Shown here in pieces: positions 28,450 to 37,083 of a stretch of DNA of 64,000 nt. Made by a program: the position numbers and the translations under genes. The notes beneath the pieces were generated by a model, which had not been told where the DNA came from, ran no database searches, and saw nothing but the letters and a program-made list of their open reading frames with translations. The DNA comes from an uncultured Dehalococcoidales bacterium (lineage in GTDB: Bacteria; Chloroflexota; Dehalococcoidia; GIF9; AB-539-J10): contig CAYMVL010000044.1 of assembly GCA_964394145.1 (NCBI GenBank), positions 560-64,559 on the forward strand, in the 5' to 3' direction. Position 1 is the stretch's first letter. Each line of letters opens with the position of its first letter.

Positions 28450-30078
28450 CTATTCCAGCGGCAAACTCGTTTGGGCGCCTTCGACAAGTATCTTTTCCGC
28501 TGCTCCAATAAAATCCATGAATAAGGGGTGTGGTGAATCGGGGCGAGACTTGAACTCAGGGTGGAATTGGCAGCCAAGCATCCACGGATGGTCTCTAATT
28601 TCAACTATCTCCACCAGTTCGCCGTCTGGCGATAAGCCGCTAGGCACAAGCCCGGCTTCTCTCAGTTGCTGTCGAAAAGAGTTGTTGAATTCAAAACGAT
28701 GCCGATGCCTCTCATAAGCTGCCTTCGTACCATAAGCCTGGGCCGCCTTGGTTCCAGCTACCAATTCGCAGGGATAGGTTCCCAGTCGCATGGTTCCTCC
28801 CTTATGGCTTATGTCGTGTTGTTCTGGCAGGAGATCGATCACGGGATAAGCCGTACTTTCATCAAATTCCGTGGAATTTACCTCTTCAGTTCTGAAAACA
28901 TGACGCCCAAATTCGATGATCATGGTGTGCATTCCCAGGCACAAGCCAAGGTAAGGGATTTCCTTTTCCCTGGCGAATTTGGCAGTCTTTATCATGCCCT
29001 CAATTCCTCGATACCCGAAGCCGCCAGGCACGATTATGCCCTGCACTTGCCCTAGCTTGCCATCCTCATGAGTCTCTATTTCCTCCGAGTCAAGCCATTC
29101 CAGTTTTACATCACGGTTACGAGCTAGTGCTGCGTGGCATAACGCTTCCCGAACAGAGTAATAAGCATCTTGAAGTCCCACGTATTTGCCTACTAGGCCA
29201 ATGACTATCGGCTGTCTTGGAGATTTTAGCTTGGCTACCATTTTTCGCCAATCATCTAAATCGCTTTTCTCAGCTTCTAAGCCTAATCGGTTCACCATCA
29301 CTTCGCCCAATCCAGCATCTTCTAGCAATAGAGGCACTTCGTAAATAGTATCACTGGTTACGAGAGGGATGACTGCCTCTCTATCCACGTCGCAGAAAAG
29401 CGATATTTTATCCTTTATCTCGTCTGCTATCTCCTCATCGCTGCGGCAAAGTATCACGTCTGGCTGGATACCGATTCTCCTCAACTCATTCACACTGTGT
29501 TGCGTTGGTTTGGTTTTGAGTTCATTAGTGGCGGCGATGTGTGGTAGAAAAGTGACATGTATGTACAGTACGCTATCTCTACCTTCATCTTTTCTCATTT
29601 GTCTTATGGCTTCTAGGAAGGGTTGCCCTTCAATATCACCTACAGTTCCGCCAACTTCAACAATTAGCACCTCTGCTCTTGATATCTCAGCCGCTTCCCT
29701 GATGCGCCTCTTTATTTCATTGGTTACATGGGGGACTACCTGGATTGTGCCCCCCAGGAAGTCACCCCGTCTTTCCTGGGCAATGACTGAAGAGTAGACT
29801 TGCCCTGAAGTGACATTGGAAGCCTGGGTCAACTCTGTTCCGATGAATCTCTCGTAATGTCCCAGGTCTAAATCAGTTTCAGCACCGTCTTGAGTCACAA
29901 ACACCTCTCCATGCTGATAGGGGGACATGGTACCCGGGTCAACATTGAGGTACGGGTCAAGCTTCTGTACCGACACGGCGATGGAACGGCTTTGCAGTAT
30001 CCTGCCAATAGAAGCTACTGAAATACCTTTACCTACAGAACTTATTACTCCGCCTGTGACGAAGATATACTTGGTCAT
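28450..30078 (-). CDS. pyrG: CTP synthase
   Basis: 542 aa. Motifs: MTKYIFVTGGVISSVGKG, GEVFVTQDG, and the GATase domain GLCLGMH...HRHRFEFN. Confidence 0.95.
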   Translation of the reverse strand: MTKYIFVTGGVISSVGKGISVASIGRILQSRSIAVSVQKLDPYLNVDPGTMSPYQHGEVFVTQDGAETDLDLGHYERFIGTELTQASNVTSGQVYSSVIAQERRGDFLGGTIQVVPHVTNEIKRRIREAAEISRAEVLIVEVGGTVGDIEGQPFLEAIRQMRKDEGRDSVLYIHVTFLPHIAATNELKTKPTQHSVNELRRIGIQPDVILCRSDEEIADEIKDKISLFCDVDREAVIPLVTSDTIYEVPLLLEDAGLGEVMVNRLGLEAEKSDLDDWRKMVAKLKSPRQPIVIGLVGKYVGLQDAYYSVREALCHAALARNRDVKLEWLDSEEIETHEDGKLGQVQGIIVPGGFGYRGIEGMIKTAKFAREKEIPYLGLCLGMHTMIIEFGRHVFRTEEVNSTEFDESTAYPVIDLLPEQHDISHKGGTMRLGTYPCELVAGTKAAQAYGTKAAYERHRHRFEFNNSFRQQLREAGLVPSGLSPDGELVEIVEIRDHPWMLGCQFHPEFKSRPDSPHPLFMDFIGAAEKILVEGAQTSLPLE

Positions 30079-30242
30079 ACTTTGCCGGTGGACACAATTA
30101 AAACAAAAACGCCGCAGCTGATCTCAGGAAGACAAATAAAGGTCGAGTTTGCTTAATTATAAAAACGCAAGACAACAGTTGTCAAGTGCATATCGCGAAA
30201 TGTGAGTTGATTGCTGCAGAATGGGTTCTAGTTACTTATCTC

Positions 30243-30577
30243 TGGTGGAGGCGGGGGAGAGTTGAACTCCCCGTCCAAAAAAAGGTTGCCAGAATCTGCT
30301 ACAGGCTTAGTCAGCTCCTTTTATCTCGTCCGGCTTTCGTCTGCTGACCGGGTCCAGCCAGACCAGCCAATGAATCTTAGTCAATCCCTATCGGCCTCAG
30401 GATTGGCGCGCCTCGACTTTTTAACACCAGTCCCGACCCATCGAGGAGAGGTCAAGCTGGCGTGAACCTTATGCGAAAACTGGTTCGGCAGTTGTCTTTT
30501 GCCACCTGTTTTGTGAGGTTAGTGGCACCTCAGCCTGCAATTCTGTGGGCCTTCCCCTGTCGAAACCACGCGCCCCC
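30243..30577 (-). ncRNA. ssrA: tmRNA (SsrA)
   Basis: The minus strand starts GGGGGCGCGUGGUUUCGACAGGGG and ends GGACGGGGAGUUCAACUCUCCCCCGCCUCCACCA (T-arm, acceptor stem with G3:U, CCA). A PK1-like pairing is visible (GCCAC/GUGGC). Lies 22 nt downstream of smpB. Confidence 0.85.
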
Positions 30578-30599
30578 GTATTCAGACTTTGCTTGTTGT

Positions 30600-31061
30600 T
30601 TACCTCCTTCTGAGCTTCAATGCCCGCTCCACTTCTCTCTGTACATCCCGCCGGGCAATGGTCTCACGCTTATCGTAGAGTCTCTTTCCCCTGGCCACCC
30701 CTAGCTCTATTTTAGCAAACCCCTGTTTAATATACAGTTTCAGCGGCACTAAAGTCAAACCCTTTTGCATTACCTTGCCAGTAAGGATATCTATCTCTTT
30801 CCTGCGGAGGAGTAGTTTGCGGGGCCTAGTTGGCTCATGAGTATTGTAGCTAGCGGCGTCATAGTGGGCGATATGGCTGTTAAATAGCCATATCTCACCG
30901 CGCTCGGGCTTGGCATACGAATCAGCCAGGGCGACCCTCCCGGCCCTGATAGACTTAATTTCAGACCCCTTGAGAACAATCCCTGCCTCTAGGCTTTCCA
31001 GAATGTAATATTCATGATAAGCCTTGCGATTGACAGCTATCGTTATGGAGTCTCTTGCCAT
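30600..31061 (-). CDS. smpB: SsrA-binding protein SmpB
   Basis: 153 aa. Motifs: NRKAYHEYYILE, EAGIVLKGSEIKSIR, LLLRRKEI, LVPLKLY, GKRLYDKRE. Confidence 0.95.
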   Translation of the reverse strand: MARDSITIAVNRKAYHEYYILESLEAGIVLKGSEIKSIRAGRVALADSYAKPERGEIWLFNSHIAHYDAASYNTHEPTRPRKLLLRRKEIDILTGKVMQKGLTLVPLKLYIKQGFAKIELGVARGKRLYDKRETIARRDVQREVERALKLRRR

Positions 31062-31076
31062 GTGGAGATTCTAGCA
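30954..31076 (-). repeat. repeat copy A: smpB 5' end plus 15 nt of leader; duplicated at 33261-33382
   Basis: Manual alignment with 33261-33382 gives about 10 mismatches plus one 1-nt indel over about 123 nt, in the same orientation. Confidence 0.8.
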
Positions 31077-31088
31077 CAGGGAGCAGAA

Positions 31089-31292
31089 TCATGTTCTAGG
31101 TCCTTTGCCCCTACTGATCATAAAGCGCTCATAAAGATCACGAAGATCAATCTCTCCCATCCAAAACTTCCCGATAAGCCAGCCACCCAGAATAAACAAG
31201 GCCACAATAAAAGCCTCTATGGCACCAAGACATACTGTAATAAGTCCCAGTACGAATCCAATGATAGCACCTATTGCCTTTGGATTTAACAT
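31089..31292 (-). CDS. small integral membrane protein (DUF2273-like) of the Asp23 cluster
   Basis: 67 aa with two hydrophobic helices (IGAIIGFVLGLITVCLG, FIVALFILGGWLIG). Position after an AmaP-like gene is typical of Asp23 operons. Confidence 0.6.
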   Translation of the reverse strand: MLNPKAIGAIIGFVLGLITVCLGAIEAFIVALFILGGWLIGKFWMGEIDLRDLYERFMISRGKGPRT

Positions 31293-31305
31293 CTATTATC
31301 TCTCA

Positions 31306-31881
31306 TCAGCGGACAGCCAGCCGCCGAGCTTCCTCTGGCTTATATTTAACCTGCATATCTACCTGCGCTACCGCCAGTCCTGTAAATTGCTCCACTGCTT
31401 CCTTAATCTTAATTTGTAACTCAATACCAACCTCGGGTATGTTGGTTGCCAGAGCTACCAAAACCCGACAGGAAATAAACAAACCTCCTACCCCTTCTCT
31501 TATGCGGCACTTAACCTGATGCACATTGTGAATAGTGGCAGCGGTGGACTCCGCCAATACGCAAATACTCTCGGCACCTATAGTAATGCTGCCTTCCTCA
31601 GTTGAGCTTATGAGTAAGGGCCCCGGCGTGCGCAGGTGTGCGAACTCGAAGAACAGCATAGTGATCATGCCTAAGGCGATGACCACACTAACTGCTATGA
31701 TGCCAATCACACTAGCCCCGCTAGCATCGGCAACCCGTTGTAGCTGGGACTCAAACCACCCATACGGCAAAACATCCGGCGTGCTCACCCCGGCGGCTAC
31801 AAGAAAGGTGGTCACTGACAGGGCTAACACGACCACGCCAATGATAACCACTACTACTCGATTAAAAACGGACACAGCCAT
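31306..31881 (-). CDS. AmaP-like membrane anchor protein of the alkaline-shock (Asp23) cluster
   Basis: 191 aa. Two N-terminal TM helices followed by a soluble C-terminal domain. Located directly downstream of the Asp23 genes. Confidence 0.55.
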   Translation of the reverse strand: MAVSVFNRVVVVIIGVVVLALSVTTFLVAAGVSTPDVLPYGWFESQLQRVADASGASVIGIIAVSVVIALGMITMLFFEFAHLRTPGPLLISSTEEGSITIGAESICVLAESTAATIHNVHQVKCRIREGVGGLFISCRVLVALATNIPEVGIELQIKIKEAVEQFTGLAVAQVDMQVKYKPEEARRLAVR

Positions 31882-31943
31882 ACCTTAACTTATCGCCTAG
31901 CAGCTTTCTCAAGCTTAGGCTTCAATTGACTTTGAATATATGT

Positions 31944-32324
31944 CTATTCTACCTTTCCTGGTCTCTTCTCAGCGAACTCAATGCTTACAACACGTACATT
32001 TATCTCCTTGGCAATAAGCCCAGCGATCTCCAGGAGGCGAGAAGCTACCTTCTCGCGAACTTCGGCCACAATGTTCGGGATGTTGAACCCGTATGTGATA
32101 TCCAGCTGAAGGTCAATAATTGCCTCCTTCTTACCCACTTCTACGTCCACTCCCCTTCTAGCTCGTCCCTCAGCACCCCCGAAAACTCCAGCCACCATGC
32201 GTCGAATAGAGCTCTTGCCCAAATTGGCGACACCTTCTACCTCCATAGCGGCTATCCCTGCGATTGAGGCTACAACGTCATCTTCTATAATGGTTTCACC
32301 AGGTATTACAACCTCTCCAGCCAT
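31944..32324 (-). CDS. Asp23/Gls24 family envelope stress protein (paralog 2)
   Basis: ATG at 32324 has an AAGGAGGAG SD and is preferred over the track start at 32414. Motifs: IEDDVVASIAG, EVEGVANL, YGFNIPNIVAEVREKV. Confidence 0.85.
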   Translation of the reverse strand: MAGEVVIPGETIIEDDVVASIAGIAAMEVEGVANLGKSSIRRMVAGVFGGAEGRARRGVDVEVGKKEAIIDLQLDITYGFNIPNIVAEVREKVASRLLEIAGLIAKEINVRVVSIEFAEKRPGKVE

Positions 32325-32431
32325 TTGCTCCTCCTTTGCTACCCGATTATAAAAAGAGCAACAACCCTGCTCCAGGCTATCGCTTAGCAGCTTACCAAAG
32401 CGCCAAGCCTTCATTCGACTTCAGGATGTAC

Positions 32432-32821
32432 CTATTGTACTTTTTGTACTTTTTCCTGCGCCTTATCCCCGAACTCAATGCTTACAATGCTCACATTGAT
32501 CTCCTTGGCTATAAGCCCGGTGATTTCCTGGAGGCGGGAAGCTACCTTCTTACGAACTTCGGCTACAATGTTCGGTATGTTGAACCCATATTTAACGCTT
32601 AGTGTAAGGTCAACGATAGCCTCCTTTTTCCCAACCTCAACCCCCACTCCTTCTTTGGCTTTCCCCCCTGCACCACCCAGCGCCCCAGCCACCATGCGCC
32701 GAATAGAACTCTTCCCCAAATTGGCGACACCTTCTACCTCCCCGGCAGCTAGGCCAGCGATTGATGCCACGACGTCATCCTCTATAGTGGTTTCGCCAGC
32801 TATTACATTCTCTTCAGTCAT
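32432..32821 (-). CDS. Asp23/Gls24 family envelope stress protein (paralog 1)
   Basis: 129 aa with the same motifs as paralog 2. By eye, roughly three quarters of residues are identical, indicating a tandem duplication. Confidence 0.85.
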   Translation of the reverse strand: MTEENVIAGETTIEDDVVASIAGLAAGEVEGVANLGKSSIRRMVAGALGGAGGKAKEGVGVEVGKKEAIVDLTLSVKYGFNIPNIVAEVRKKVASRLQEITGLIAKEINVSIVSIEFGDKAQEKVQKVQ

Positions 32822-33023
32822 TTTCTCCTCCTTTATAGGCTCTTTAAGTCAACATGCGAGTGCGTTATTTCGATAGGCGTCACCTCCCTTGCTGTATTTA
32901 TGCAACCCAACTAAAAAGGATACCAGACGCTACTATGATTTTGTAACGGTTTAGCCACTCTTATTAATCTCCACATCATGTAAGTTACGCTGTTTGTGAG
33001 ACTATTTCAAATATGGGGCAGTC

Positions 33024-33052
33024 AATATATTCCTGCCTTAATGTTTTGTCAA
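33024..33052 (-). promoter_or_regulatory. candidate sigma-70 promoter for the Asp23 cluster
   Basis: Minus strand: TTGACA (33052-33047), 17-nt spacer, TATATT (33029-33024). About 200 nt upstream of the first Asp23 start. Confidence 0.4.
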
Positions 33053-33194
33053 TAGCCTACCGCCGTTCAAAACACAAGTGACAGGACAGCTCCTTTGGTG
33101 GCAGCTCGGCTAAAAACATCTACTATATTAGTAAATCCCACAAGTCCCCATACGAAGGCTACATTTCTGGCGGTGGAGTCCTTCGGTAATGCTG

Positions 33195-33382
33195 CTAGTT
33201 TGGGTGATGTGGTGATTTGGGGCAGGCATCACGCAAGTTTGACCTCCCCTCTCTGAGCAGCTTAATTTCAGACCCCTTGAGAACAATCCTGCCTCTAAGC
33301 TTTGCAGAATGTAATATGCATGATAAGCCTTGCGGTTGAGAGCTATCGGTCTGGAGTCTTTTGCCATATGAAGATTCTAGCA
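33195..33382 (-). pseudogene. decayed duplicate of the smpB 5' end (frameshifted fragment)
   Basis: Two overlapping frames read MAKDSRPIALNRKAYHAYYILQSLEAG and then ...RIVLKGSEIKLLREGR, versus real SmpB MARDSITIAVNRKAYHEYYILESLEAGIVLKGSEIKSIRAGR. A 1-nt deletion breaks the frame, and no similarity continues beyond about codon 45. Confidence 0.75.
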
Positions 33383-33509
33383 TTACCGTATATAGCAGGC
33401 AATTTTACCAGCTGCCAGATGCTTTTCTGATGATGCAGTCTATTGATTTCATGGCAAAGCAACTATACAATGTGGGAACAAGAACCAGTTCCCAACGGAG
33501 GAGGCAAGA

Positions 33510-33662
33510 ATGGAGAGTTTGTGGCTGGCACTCTACTGGGGTTCACCTATCGGCCTTGGTATTTTCCTTGTGTGCTTAGCCGGTATGATCTATCTGCTCA
33601 CTAAAGCTGACGTAGAACGCAAGCGTGCGGGCCTGAAGAAAGAAAAAGAAGAAAAGAAGTAA
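33510..33662 (+). CDS. unannotated 50-aa small membrane protein (hypothetical)
   Basis: Too short to appear in the ORF track. The ATG at 33510 is preceded by GGAGGAGG. The translation MESLWLALYWGSPIGLGIFLVCLAGMIYLLTKADVERKRAGLKKEKEEKK has one TM helix and a basic tail. Confidence 0.45.
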   Translation: MESLWLALYWGSPIGLGIFLVCLAGMIYLLTKADVERKRAGLKKEKEEKK

Positions 33663-33736
33663 CATAGCGTCTGGTTTACGTAGTCGCTGCGACTAACTGG
33701 AAAAGCTGAAACCGCAGCTTGAGTCACGGGGTTCTT

Positions 33737-34243
33737 ATGGGCGCTGCCGATAGATTCTACCTGTTTGTGACCGTCTTTCTGGTTATCGCTGTAATAGTGG
33801 GCGGCGTGATCATAGCGGTGAGGCACAGCAGGAACCAGCCTGTGGAAATCGTCTTATCTCAGATTGAGCCCCCTGAGCTTATTGGCGAGGTTTATATCGG
33901 TGGCGCTGTTGCTGGCCCTGGCATCTATCCGGTGAAGGAAGGTGATACTCTGCAGGATATTCTGCTTGATGCCGGGATTGAGCCCGACGCTGACCTCAGC
34001 CTTATCGAGGTTTATATACCGGCAGAAGGCGCTGAACAGTCTCCACAGAAAATAGACATCAACCGTGCGGAGCTCTGGCTGCTGGAAGCCCTGCCAGGGA
34101 TAGGAGAAGTCACAGCTAAGGCTATCGTGGACTACCGCAGCGAAAACGGCCCTTTCAAGCGCATTGAGGAGCTTCTTCAGGTCGAAGGCATTGGCGAAGG
34201 AACATTCGAAAAGATAAAGGACTACATAACCGTGTCGGATTAG
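33737..34243 (+). CDS. comEA: competence protein ComEA (SLBB plus helix-hairpin-helix DNA-binding domain)
   Basis: N-terminal TM helix, SLBB-like GAVAGPGIYPVKEGDTLQDIL, and C-terminal INRAELWLLEALPGIGEVTAKAIVDYRSENGPF...LLQVEGIGEGTFEKIK. Confidence 0.85.
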   Translation: MGAADRFYLFVTVFLVIAVIVGGVIIAVRHSRNQPVEIVLSQIEPPELIGEVYIGGAVAGPGIYPVKEGDTLQDILLDAGIEPDADLSLIEVYIPAEGAEQSPQKIDINRAELWLLEALPGIGEVTAKAIVDYRSENGPFKRIEELLQVEGIGEGTFEKIKDYITVSD

Positions 34244-34373
34244 GACGCTCTCCCCGAATCCGCTGCCTGCTAAACATAATATGACTTGCGCAATGTAGCC
34301 GCAACCAGATTTAACTTTACGACTCCAGTACCTGTCGGTGAGACTTAGCCCATCCAGCCCTCTGCTCGTGTTC

Positions 34374-34646
34374 TTAGTCGTTTCTGGCGGGCGTTGTATG
34401 GCGATGACGGAAGTGAGCCCCTCGTTTTAGGTAACATTGGGGAGAACCTTCCTGGCTGCGTAAGACTGTAAACCCCCAGGGGTGGCTGTTGTCCTGAGAG
34501 AGTGCCCACTCGGCTGCTTCCAGGATCTTGTTTATCTCCTCTTCGAAAACAGGGTCTGGCTTGTATTTCCTGATGCTGCTTCTGGTTCGGTATGCTCCAT
34601 CGCTGGTCTTCCTCTGACACCCGCCTGTTGATATAGTATGAAACAT
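34374..34646 (-). pseudogene. nitroreductase-family N-terminal remnant
   Basis: TRSSIRKYKPDPVFEEEINKILEAAEWALSQDNSHPWGFTVL matches the conserved nitroreductase N-terminus. The remainder of the fold is absent, since only about 400 bp lie between comEA and comEC. Confidence 0.4.
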
Positions 34647-36174
34647 GGAGCTGCTCTATATCAGCTGTGCCTGGATAGCGGGTATATTCCTGGGTTCAAA
34701 AGCAGGCATTCCGTTGCTCGCCCTGCCAAGCGGGCTTATTCCTTTGTTGTTTATCCCTCTTTTCCCAAATAGGAAGAAAATCCTGGTAGTAACCGCGCTA
34801 TGTCTTTTTGCCTTTCTAGGTGCTGCGCTTCGCTTCGCGTCGAGCCTGCCGGAGTTAGATGAGCATTTCCTGCGTTTCTATAACGGCGAGGTGGCGACTA
34901 TGCAGGGAATGGTGGCAGAAGAGCCAGACGTCAGAGGCAGATATTGCCTGCTGACGTTCTCCGTCCGCGAAATTGATGTAGATGCTGTGGAACAGGTATC
35001 AGGAATGGCCTTGATACGGGTGCCCAGGTATCCTGCCTATCATTATGGAGATGTGCTCCAGGTAACTGGAGAACTGGAGACGCCTGCGCAATTTGAGGAC
35101 TTTGACTACAGAGCTTACCTGGCGCGACAGGGAATCTACTCTGTCATTTATTATCCCCGTGTGGAAATACTGGCTAGAGGCATGGGTATAAAGCCCCTGC
35201 AGTGGATTTATTCTCTAAGGAGGGTGCTTTCCGCTTCCTTGGCCAGAGCGTTGCCGGAACCGCAGGGGTCGCTGGCCCAAGGGATCTTGCTGGGCATAAG
35301 AGGCAATATACCTGATACACTCTACGGAGCATTTTCTAGGACAGGAACTGCGCACCTTCTAGCTATCTCTGGACTGCACCTTGCCATCGTCATTGGCATG
35401 GTCCTCAGCTTTGCGGTCCTGGTCTTTGGCCGGCTCCGTGGCATATACATCTGGCTAGCCCTCATAGTTATCTGGCTTTATGCTTTGCTTACGGGGATGA
35501 ATCCGCCCGTGATTCGTGGAACGATTATGGGGAGCATGTTCTTAATAGGAGAATACATGGGAAGACAACGTAGCGGCGTCACTGCCCTGACTTTCGCTGC
35601 GGCTGTGATGGTGGGGATCCAGCCACAGATTTTGTGGAGCGTTTCCTTTCAGCTTAGCTTCCTGGCTATGGCGGGGCTCATTTTCCTCTACCCCTATTTT
35701 CAAACGTGGGGTAGGCACGTTGCAGCTACTCATGATAGAGAAGCGCCGGGGGCTATAGGTAGCCTTATTGTTGATGGCTTTGCCGTAACCCTGGCAGCCG
35801 TTATAGCAGTCTGGCCACTGGTGGCTCACAACTTCGGAATCGTGTCTTTAGTTGGCTTGCCAGCAACTTTTTTCTGCTTACCTGCTCTGCCTGCAATCAT
35901 CGTCACTGCGGCGTTGGTTGCGTTCGTCGGGCTCTTTGCACCGCTTGCAGCTCAGATTCTTGGCTTGCTGGCCTGGCTCTTTTCCAGCTATCTAATTTTC
36001 GTGGTTGAAAGCTTTGACGCTTTGCCCTTCTCTTCATTCCCGATGGCTATTGCTGAGTGGCAGGTATGGGGATACTACATTGCGCTGGCAGCAGCCATAG
36101 GACTCTTTCAGAACAGAAAACAAGTCATCAGTTCGTTTTCCAGCTTAGTTTCGAGGTATAAGGGGAATGGCTAA
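34645..36174 (+). CDS. comEC: ComEC/Rec2 DNA internalisation channel (DUF4131 plus competence domain), without the beta-lactamase domain
   Basis: 509 aa and polytopic. Motifs: GDVLQVTGELETP OB-like region, AFSRTGTAHLLAISGLHL, MNPPVIRG. Confidence 0.85.
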   Translation: MELLYISCAWIAGIFLGSKAGIPLLALPSGLIPLLFIPLFPNRKKILVVTALCLFAFLGAALRFASSLPELDEHFLRFYNGEVATMQGMVAEEPDVRGRYCLLTFSVREIDVDAVEQVSGMALIRVPRYPAYHYGDVLQVTGELETPAQFEDFDYRAYLARQGIYSVIYYPRVEILARGMGIKPLQWIYSLRRVLSASLARALPEPQGSLAQGILLGIRGNIPDTLYGAFSRTGTAHLLAISGLHLAIVIGMVLSFAVLVFGRLRGIYIWLALIVIWLYALLTGMNPPVIRGTIMGSMFLIGEYMGRQRSGVTALTFAAAVMVGIQPQILWSVSFQLSFLAMAGLIFLYPYFQTWGRHVAATHDREAPGAIGSLIVDGFAVTLAAVIAVWPLVAHNFGIVSLVGLPATFFCLPALPAIIVTAALVAFVGLFAPLAAQILGLLAWLFSSYLIFVVESFDALPFSSFPMAIAEWQVWGYYIALAAAIGLFQNRKQVISSFSSLVSRYKGNG

Positions 36175-37060
36175 AGACGTCTCTAAACCCTGGTTGCGAG
36201 GTCACGGCAGATGGCTCGTTGTGGGCCTCCTGGTAATAGCCATACTGGTCTGGTCTGTCGCTCTCACTGCTCCTGATGACAGGCTTCATGTAAGCTTTCT
36301 TGATGTGGGGCAGGGAGATGCCATTTTGATACAAACTCCCAATCGCCAGGACGTGTTGATTGACGGTGGGCCCGACCCGCAGAGGATAAATCTAGCGCTG
36401 GGTGATAAGCTTCCCTTCTGGGATAGAACGATAGACCTGATGGTATCCACTCAGCCTCAAGCCGACCATATTACCGGCCTGGTTGAGGTGCTCCAGAGGT
36501 ATGCAGTAAAACGGGTGCTTGAGCCAGGGGTGGAATATGATTCCCCTATCTATCGGGAATGGCTTGAGCTGGTGGAACAGAAACAAATCGAGCACGAGAT
36601 AGCTAAGGCGGGACAGCAAATTGACCTGGGCAGCGGAATCAAGATAGAGGTGCTTAATCCACCAGCGGGATTATTTCGAGGGACCAGCCACGATGTTGAT
36701 AATAACGGCGTGGTGCTCAGGCTAAGCTGGAATGAGATCAGCTTTCTTTTTACGGCGGATATAAGGCAGGAGGGGGAGTTTGAGCTTATCGGTCGCCGAG
36801 CCAATTTGAGCAGCACCGTACTCAAGACAGCCCATCATGGCAGCAAGACGTCCACCACAGCACCTTTTCTGGCAGCCGTTGACCCCGTAATGGCCGTTAT
36901 TTCGGCTGGAGTAGATAATCCCTTCGGGCATCCCGACCCCGAGGTGGTCGAGAGACTGGCGGACAGGCTGGGCGAGGACAATGTCTATAGGACGGACAGG
37001 GATGCGACCATTGAGTTTATCACCGACGGGAAACGCCTATGGGTAACTGCTGGACATTGA
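36167..37060 (+). CDS. MBL-fold metallo-hydrolase corresponding to the ComEC C-terminal domain (separate ORF)
   Basis: 297 aa with its own N-terminal TM helix. Motifs: VSFLDVGQGDAILI, STQPQADHITG, TADI, AHHGS. Overlaps the comEC ORF by 8 nt. Confidence 0.85.
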   Translation: MAKDVSKPWLRGHGRWLVVGLLVIAILVWSVALTAPDDRLHVSFLDVGQGDAILIQTPNRQDVLIDGGPDPQRINLALGDKLPFWDRTIDLMVSTQPQADHITGLVEVLQRYAVKRVLEPGVEYDSPIYREWLELVEQKQIEHEIAKAGQQIDLGSGIKIEVLNPPAGLFRGTSHDVDNNGVVLRLSWNEISFLFTADIRQEGEFELIGRRANLSSTVLKTAHHGSKTSTTAPFLAAVDPVMAVISAGVDNPFGHPDPEVVERLADRLGEDNVYRTDRDATIEFITDGKRLWVTAGH

Positions 37061-37083
37061 GAAGGCCGCAGGCGAATCAAATT

